Below, in pieces: positions 63,060 through 64,000 of a stretch of DNA of 64,000 nt. The stretch covers positions 832,001 to 896,000 of the forward strand of contig CBDBHR010000030.1 of the NCBI GenBank assembly GCA_965205865.1. The letters run 5' to 3'. Each line of letters starts with the position of its first letter. Within the stretch, counting starts at the first letter, position 1. The notes under the pieces were generated by a model. The model was not told the origin of the DNA. It saw nothing but the letters and a program-made list of their open reading frames with translations, and did not search any database. The stretch comes from a bacterium. GTDB taxonomy: Bacteria > SAR324 > NAC60-12. The translations under genes and the position numbers were made by a program.

Positions 63060-63191
63060 TTCTAAAATCCGCAAAATAAAGATGGTTCATCTTCATCAAA
63101 AGTAAAAGTAAGAGAGAATCATTGACAAATGTCCATATTTTGTACATACTTTTTATGTAATATTGATGAACTATTGAGACAAAGAGGAGAT

Positions 63192-63413
63192 ATGACAGTT
63201 AAAGTAACGATGAACTTGACAGAACGCGATGTTGAAAATACGGAAAAATTGACAACTCTCCTTCATTCTCGCAGTAAAGCCGCCACCGTCAGTACGGCCT
63301 TATCGGTTACAGCAACCATTGCCGATATTATCGAGAAGGGGGGATCTGTGATGATACGCAATAAAGATGGAAGTATGGATCGTCTCATCATCACAGGACT
63401 CGCCCATGAATAA
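63192..63413 (+). CDS. Small hypothetical protein, possibly ribbon-helix-helix
   Basis: GAGGAG RBS, TTGACA at 63122; beta-strand-like VKVTMNL then helices. Confidence 0.55.
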   Translation: MTVKVTMNLTERDVENTEKLTTLLHSRSKAATVSTALSVTATIADIIEKGGSVMIRNKDGSMDRLIITGLAHE

Positions 63414-63457
63414 TCAGAAAAAATGGCACCGTTCATTTTCCAGTTTACAGTTCCTCT

Positions 63458-63526
63458 GTCATCCTCGCGAAGGCGGGGATCCATCTTCGCGACTACCACT
63501 GGATTCCTGCCTGCGCAGGAATGACA
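63458..63526. repeat. REP pair
   Basis: GTCATCCTCGCGAAGGCGGGGATCC / GGATTCCTGCCTGCGCAGGAATGAC. Confidence 0.75.
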
Positions 63527-63699
63527 ACAAAGGCGGCAAACTGTAAACTACTTTTTACTATTTTTGTAGGGTCCCGAAAAAATCCGTGGATGTTCAAGAT
63601 TGAGCAGATGATTCCCAAAAAGTCGAAACAAGACCGGCTTATGAATCCGATGTTCATTTTTATCGGGTCGTTGTCTGGGCATTGAGTATCGTTGTCATT

Positions 63700-63925
63700 T
63701 TATCCATAAATCGCTGCACCGCCAGGTCCACTTTCTCTCCCATGAATCCGCACGTGCCGCCGACCAGAATCGGCAACTGCAGGCCGATCAGGGAGACGAC
63801 CGGGATGAGGGCATTTTTGATGGTGTGTCTCAAGACAACCACCCGCTCCTTGAGTCCCTTGGACCAGGCGGTGCGGATATAGTCCTGCCTTAAGACCTCC
63901 AGCATCATGGTGCGTGTCATCCGCT
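63700..63925 (-). pseudogene. dppB::dppC deletion-fusion fragment
   Basis: ..[25 protein letters not shown].. Confidence 0.8.
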
Positions 63926-64000
63926 GCGGCACGGATGCACTCCTTGAGATTAACCGTCGTGCGCCGCTCTTCGTCCATGATGCCGATTTTATGGGAAGGA

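Overview
The window opens with ordinary-looking chromosomal genes (PrkA-family kinase, DUF2237). From ~3.2 kb onward it is a highly mosaic accessory region dominated by an expansion of family-5 (Opp/Dpp-type) ABC importers: 7 full-length solute-binding proteins (SBPs), 5 DppB-like and 6 DppC-like permeases, many fragments, and no ATPase gene. From ~19.5 kb to 63 kb one module recurs on the minus strand: [Rpn fragment] - near-identical ECF-type sigma factor - 2-3 tandem ~100-150-bp repeats carrying an ECF-like promoter - near-identical leader/signal peptide - divergent SBP body - dppB - dppC. Three modules end in a near-identical att-like copy of the tmRNA 3' end whose T-loop holds a 32-bp insert. 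Junctions are marked by HUH-related elements (a RAYT-derived 276-bp MITE, CTGTCCCC-type ends, IS91 fragments with oriIS). Also present are a group II intron, two orphan attC-like sites, three TA pairs, an Rpn nuclease, a GIY-YIG nuclease inside a REP array, and a patchwork of racemase, D-amino-acid and oxidoreductase genes. The best candidate for an undescribed system is a constant sigma/promoter/leader platform repeatedly joined to different transporter specificity cassettes. All calls come from reading the sequence by eye; no database search was run.
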